DNA of 64,000 nucleotides from Flaccisagitta enflata (taxonomy: Eukaryota), in NCBI GenBank assembly GCA_965153355.1, contig OZ231126.1, forward strand, positions 16,306,001 through 16,370,000, read 5' to 3'. This document shows positions 57,118 to 64,000 of this stretch, piece by piece. The stretch's first letter is position 1; the number at the start of each line of letters is the position of its first letter. Made by a program: the position numbers and the translations under genes. The notes below the pieces were generated by a model. The model was not told the origin of the DNA. It worked only from the letters and a program-made list of their open reading frames with translations, and did no database searches.

Positions 57118-59006
57118 GGAGGAAGGAGTGGGCAGCCAATTTTGTTTCCTATACTTAATTGTGATGGTAATTTAAAAGTAGGGCAGTAGGAATAATATGG
57201 GCTTTAGTTACAAAAGAGACCAGTGTTTTTCTTTTACCATGTGCTGCTAAGATAGACCATGACCCATATTTTGTTATCATGACTCATATTATGTTTTTTT
57301 GTCTCGTGAAAAAATTCGTCGGGAACTTTGGATAGGATAAAAAACCTCGAGTTTCCTTAGTTTTTTTTTTTAAACAACATTTCGCCTAAATAATGAACTA
57401 CAGTATTAAAAATGCTTGGTATCCGATCTCTGAGAGAAGCCGCCCATTTTTCATTCCATAGGGGGTGGGAGAGGGGATGCACACAAAATAAGTATGGAAA
57501 ATCTAAACCCACGAAAAGACTAATGAGAAAGCTAAATCTACATTAATAAATGAATACTTTTTTGTAAATCTTTTTCTTTGTACAAATATTAAAATCGGAG
57601 AAAAATGATAGTCTATTTTTTTTCTCTCTCAAAATTCTATCGATCACGCTTGAAAACAAGAATGATGATTCTACCATCTAGCTCATAAATATACGGAGAC
57701 TTGAAAAGTAGCATCAACTTTGAGGAGGTGCTGCACTTAAACAAATTGAGTTACTGTAACCAGATTAGGCCAATTTCAAAGAGTTGTTTCAAAACTTTCA
57801 AATGCGACCAATCTGGGGTCAGTTACTTAATTCTCTTAGTCGCACCACCTTTCTAAAGTTGATGCTCTTTTTCAGGTGTCCGTATATTTATGAGCTAGGT
57901 AGTATTCAATCAATAAATACGCTCAAGTCTGTACCTAAGTGTCCGTATCTATATCATCTTTTGAAAATAACGCAAAAATAAGACAGCGTCTTCGAAAAAA
58001 AATAAAAAAGAATCAGGTCATGTCTGCTCTGGAGAGATGTCTAGCAGTAAATGAACGATGGTTGCCCATTGCGATAAAAGGTTTCCATCATGCATTTTTG
58101 GTGTAAAATAAACATTTTCGAGATGCAAAACGGACATTTCTGTCAGGGGACTTTCGCTCTCCTTCATATTTTCCCTGCACGCGATCATTTTGGGTCAGAT
58201 GGCCCAAATATTCTCTCAAAAAAAGGAGAGAGAGAGAGAGAGAGAGAGAGAGACGGACGCAGACAGAGGCAAAAATAGAGTTGAATCAGTCCTGCAGAAG
58301 TCAACATTTACCAAAATGGAACAAAATGTCTAAAAATCTTTTTTTACTCCTGTCTATCGAAAACAGCTCTGTTTAATTAATCTCTTTCACATTCATGACA
58401 GAAATGTCATTGATACAATGCAATAATACGACATTTTCCTCTACTGACATTATGGAAGGAAAGGAAAAAGCCCAATCGTGATGAATTTAATGGTAAAAAA
58501 AAATAACGAATTCATCACTATCAGAGAGACAGCTTTTCGATAGCTATTGATTTACGAAGTACTTGAAATTTCTGACTTGGAGACAAAAAAGTACTATCCC
58601 TCCGTATATAGGAGCACTTTTTCAGTTTAGATCGCTGTATCTTCTCCAGTAACACAGACAGACCGACCAAAGAAAATAGAGAAACAGCTGCGAGATTGCA
58701 AATGATCTCCCTTGGAAAAAAACGGGACTAAGATAATATGCACAAAATTTTACACATGAATGCGTATTTGATGTTGGTTTCTATCTTACAGACATGCCAA
58801 TGAGTTCCCTAGTTTCTTTTTCATTGTATCACTGACGAAAAAAAAAAAGAGATATCGAAAAGGGAGAACAATGCAGTAATGGAGGACCCTAACGAAGATG
58901 TTGTCGTTGTCGTCGTCGTCACCATCTTCTTCGTCGTCGTTGTAGTTGTCGTTATTGATGTTCGTTGTTATTCTTGTTGCTGGATTTTGGTTCTTGTAAT
59001 TGATTT

Positions 59007-59012
59007 TGTTGC

Positions 59013-59109
<97 letters not shown>

Positions 59110-59179
59110 GCTGTTGTTGTTGCCGGTGGTGTGGATTTCTTCGATATCCGACATTATCCGTATATCTCTGTTGTTGTTT

Positions 59180-59255
<76 letters not shown>

Positions 59256-59308
59256 CGTTGTTGCCGGTGGTTTGGATTTCTTCGATATCCGATATTATCC
59301 GTATATCT
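59007..59308. repeat. Two (GTT)n tracts, each followed by a duplicated ~48-bp unit, downstream of the CaaX gene stop
   Basis: GCCGGTGGT(G/T)TGGATTTCTTCGATATCCGA(C/T)ATTATCCGTATATCTC at ~59122 and ~59263. Confidence 0.8.
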
Positions 59309-59436
59309 CGCCAATTCAGTATTTTGTTTTATCGTTGGTAGACATCGAGGAATGTCCAGGGGCCAATTTTGTCGACAAATGCAAGGTGAATAGTTTTGTT
59401 TTGATGCTGCAGCAACTAGAAATTCGTTTGTCCACA

Positions 59437-59527
59437 TCACAGAATTGTGCAGCAAGATAATCCCTTTTTGGCTTCTTCTTTGCCTTCTTCCACAGCAGCA
59501 GCGGCATCGCCTGAGCAATTAAACAGG

Positions 59528-59568
<41 letters not shown>

Positions 59569-62500
59569 ATTTACGATTGTTTTGAAAAAGGGCGGAGTAT
59601 TGGTCGGTTGAGTTTGAGGTGACCGGTGTGTTTAAAGGTACTGCTTAATGGGCGTTGGAGATATTGAGTGTGTGTGGGCGAAGGGAGTTGAAGAGGAATT
59701 GGTTGGAGAGACAGTCATCAATTTGGAAGATTAGATGAGTTGGAGGCTGGCACAGTGCACGAGTTGTGGCAAGGGAAACTGAGGGATTTAAATGTGTCTT
59801 ATGTTGGTAAAGGAAAACTACATATGAAGCTCTGCGCCATAATATTTCAGACGGGAAGAAACCCATCTCTTTGTGTTTATACTCTGCCCATATAAAAGGA
59901 AAGTGGACGTGGTGAATATCGCAAAATCCCAATGCGCCCAAGGATCATTTTCCCATTTTGTATTTTGAGCCGTTGAGCTTTTGATATGCGCTCAATAGTT
60001 TGGCCAACTTCGCTACAATTTGTAAAGCATTCGTTTTTCGTTTGGCTTGTTGAGTAACAGTCCTAGGCAGCTGTTATGTAATGATCGCAAGGTAATGGAC
60101 TCAGAAAAAAATCCATACTGGATAACACCAACTGAAACGTGTAGCCAACCCTGTTTAAGCCAGCTCGAAGCATGGTTTGTGGTACTAGACTTTGGTGCGC
60201 CGTCATGCTTAGACGGATGGCGTGGATAATGTCGAACTTTGAATGTTTCGATGATGGAATTGCTTTATTTATTTTTTTTTTTTCAACGTCATTTTATGTC
60301 GCGGCTTCTCTAATGAATGTTTCGATGATGGAAATGTTTTTTTGTTTTTTTTTTTTCAACGTCATTTCTTTTTATCAAGTTGTGACATCTCAATTGTGAT
60401 CTCGTCTCATTTGTGATCTCATCTCAATTGTGATCTCATCTCAATTGTGATCTCATCTCAATTGTGATCTCATCTCAATTGTGATCTCATCTCAATCGTG
60501 ATCTCATCTCAATCGTGATCTCATCTCAATCGTGATCTGACCTGCTGCATCCTCGGCTTTCTTTGCTGCATCGTCGACGGCAGTTTGTGCTGCGTCTGTT
60601 GCTGCTTCCGTCGCCTCTTCCGTTTTTGCTGCCACCGCTTCTTTTACCTGGAAATGCAGAACAAATAAATTTCGTGTCTTTTTAGATGCGTCCGTCAGGA
60701 ACGCATCTCTATAAGAGGGTCTGTCCGTCGGTCCGTCTGTCGGTCCGTCGGTCCGTCCGTCGGTCCGTCGGTCCGTCCGTCGGTCCGTTACGCCTATGCA
60801 AAAACCGCGTTTCTCGGCTGTTTTTGGCCGCGATGAGATCCTACACTGAAACAAATGATCAACCAACATGTTTTGAGAGTCTTTTCACCCGTCTGTTCGT
60901 CCATCTGTTTCTCCAAACATATGTCGCATAATCAATACACGCTGAGACACAGCCCGGACGCATCGTTGCCCGGTCAGGCTTGTTTTTACATATGTGACGT
61001 GACATGAAAGATACGTTTTCCAGCATAAGTCCTGCAGCAACTTTTTCAACACTAACTACACATGGACGCAAAATACAGCGTGATGAGGCGCCAAAAGTTT
61101 TAGCACCCCCCACTACAGCCAATTTGGCTCAATGAAATTTCCTTTTGAAAGTTGTTTTGAGTCACTAAGGGGAATATGAGTGGCGTCATCAGAGGAAATT
61201 CTGAGATTGTACCTAGAACCTAGAAATTTATCACTTTTTACTCTGTTTTCTGATCTTTTCAAAGAGTGTTAATTTTATGAGTAAAAGTGATAAATTTCAA
61301 GGTTTTAGTTACAATCTCAAAAATCGCTCTGATGACGCCATTTGTATTCCCCTCAGTTACTCAAAATTACTTTTCATAAGAATTTTCAATCAGCCAATAT
61401 GGCTGTTGAGCATCTTTATGACAACACATGAATCTGTATTCGCCAAAAAGATTTGTAATGGAGTGTGCATCGTGACTGCTGTCTCTGTTCTTCGACGAGA
61501 TGCGTTCCTAATTCTGGCAACCATGAAATAGTAGCAAGGAACCTCGACAAATTTTAATACGACAGAGTTGTGAAAATGGTGCCTTCCACAACGATGCCTT
61601 CCGCAGTGGTGCCTTCCGAAATACCTTTTCGGAGAAAAATATTCATCCCATCTGGAAGAAAATCTTTGTATGACCAGTAATAAATGGTATTGAAATATTC
61701 AGGTATGAGAATTACAGACAATTTTTCTGAGACGTTCAATTTTACAAAAATTGCAGACAAGATCTAACTTGATGTATATCTTTTAATTATGTTAAAGTGT
61801 ATCCCACGAGAAGGAGCCCTTCAATTTTACCACAATATGTAAATCAGGTGCATTGCCTCGGACAACTAAGCGATTACTATCATAGCGCATGCGCATGAAA
61901 ACAAAAGTACTATCTTGGCGGAAAGAAACGCGACAGTGGCTTAAAGTAGCATCCACTTTAGAAAAAAGCTACTCTTAAACGAATAAAGATGAATACTTCA
62001 ACTTGGTCTCATTTTGAAGATTTGATACAGACCTTTGAAATGGGACCAATCTGAGGTCTACAGCTTTTTTCGTTTAGGAGCAGCACCATTTCAAAGTTGA
62101 TACTACTTTTAACAACTGTCGCGTTTCTTTCCGCCAAGATAGTACACGGCAATTCCAATCGCATGCGGATGAGTAGGGGAACTCACTGGGCAGTAAAGAA
62201 GGTCACTAGCATATTTTGACATAGTGTTGCCAAGAAACAAGCCCGACCGGGCAACGATGAGTCCTGACTGTGTCCTGACGTGGAGCGAAATTCGCGCTGA
62301 TAGTGTGTGACATATGGGTTGACACATGGCATGGATGAACTGACAGACAAACTGCAAAACACGCGTATTGATCGTTTAGTTCAGCAATCAGCATACGATC
62401 TCACCTTGGCCATAAACAGCTGAGAAACGCGTTTTTTAACCAAGTGTAACGGACCGACAGACGGACGGACGGACCCACGGACCGACGGACGGACAGACCC

Positions 62501-63043
62501 TTTTGTAGAGATGCGAGGACGCATTTAAAAACAAGGCCAGATACATGGCAACCAAAGTTGCGCGAGGGTGGGCAGGGAGTGATGAAATAGGCCAAAACGC
62601 TCCTGGGCAGGAGCCATGGTACAAAAACTGCCCGTAAATGCAAAAGAAAAAAACGAAGTGTGATGGACCGGCTGATGAACTGAATGACAGGCGGACCAGC
62701 TAACTGACATTCCGGGTTATTGAGTCGCGTGCGCATGACTAAAACGTGTGAGTACGATTGCCGGACGGACGGACCGATGAAGTGACTGACCGAATGACCG
62801 ACGACCCCATACTGCGGGGTATGGAGGATAGTTCGTAGAAAGACCTGGTTTACTAACCTCTTCAATTTTCTCGGCGACGGCCTCCTTGGCCTCTTCGGCT
62901 TTGGTTTCTGCCGCTTCCGAAGCCTCGTTGACTTTTTCCGAAACGGCTTCCGAGGATTTCTCGACGACTTCCGTCACGGACGTCACAGACTCACTCACCG
63001 CCGTCTCACCAGCAGACGTCACAGTCTCCACTGTCGACTTGAC
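59437..63043 (-). CDS. 3' exons of an acidic Ala/Glu/Lys/Thr-rich protein ending in a CaaX box (5'-partial)
   Basis: Phase-consistent exons 63043-62858, 60647-60542 and 59510-59437: VKSTVETVTSAGETAVSES...EAKEAVAEKIEE|VKEAVAAKTEEATEAATDAAQTAVDDAAKKAEDAA|GDAAAAVEEGKEEAKKGLSCCTIL*. Confidence 0.8.
60379..60538. repeat. 17-bp minisatellite directly after a splice donor
   Basis: About nine copies of T(T/C)GTGATCTCATCTCAA. Confidence 0.85.
61910..62142. mobile_element. TA-flanked hairpin MITE
   Basis: TA|CTATCTTGGCGGAAAGAAACGCGACAGT...ACTGTCGCGTTTCTTTCCGCCAAGATAG|TA. Similar hairpins lie at ~57678-57898 and ~61160-61362. Confidence 0.75.
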
Positions 63044-63057
63044 CTATCAAAGAGAAG

Positions 63058-63629
<572 letters not shown>

Positions 63630-64000
63630 TCATAGAACATGATTTTGTATTCAATAAACGTTGGAACGTTGTAATATATACATTCTCATCATATAAAACG
63701 ATTATCCAATATCCATCGACGATAAAAAATAGAATATCATGATGAAGCTTAGGGTCCCTCGAGGCGTAGACCTTGGCCGCGTGGCCGCGTGGCGAAAGCA
63801 GTCCATCACTTTGTCATCGAAATTTATAGATTGACGCTTTTTTTTTACACTCTCAAAAAAAAAATTCAAGTGTTGTTTTTTTTTTTTACCATTGATTTCA
63901 TTCAAGCTGTAAGGGAAGATGAAATCTGTATCGGGCCTAGATTAAATAGTTTTAGGCAGGTTAAACTGAAAGTGGAAGCATGACCTAGTTCATGTGTTCA

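Noticed and set aside
58786-59518. polyN/polyQ/polyV ORFs
   Set aside because: These come from (GTT)n tracts downstream of the CaaX gene stop and are probably 3' UTR.
63702-63905. Further upstream exon of the CaaX gene
   Set aside because: No convincing acceptor or phase-0 donor, and the composition differs from the other exons.

Overview
Repeat-rich genomic DNA from an animal (GT-AG spliceosomal introns, dense microsatellites, many MITEs and Helentron-like elements); the species cannot be determined from this window. Joining exons by splice site and phase gives five genes. (1) A partial last exon of a divergent 7TM/GPCR-like gene (1-953). (2) The main finding: an 11-coding-exon gene (5058-19859, +, ~1574 aa) encoding TWO tandem GFP-family beta-barrel domains, followed by a ~1130-aa low-complexity tail. 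The chromophore tripeptides are N-V-G and H-A-G (no Tyr), while the Gly67 and Arg96 equivalents are kept. (3) A Ly6/uPAR three-finger gene (minus strand) whose hydrophobic GPI-signal-like tail is cut off by a hAT-type insertion; an inverted copy of the same element lies upstream of the gene. (4) A 7-exon divergent class-A-like GPCR (37716-52119) with a Thr/Ser-rich ectodomain and a Cys-rich tail. (5) The 3' part of an Ala/Glu/Lys-rich protein ending in a CaaX box (CCTIL). The rest is transposon-derived: hAT, Chapaev-like, Tc1/mariner MITEs, two LINE fragments, a tRNA-derived SINE and Helentron-like elements. All homology calls come from motif recognition by eye, not database searches.
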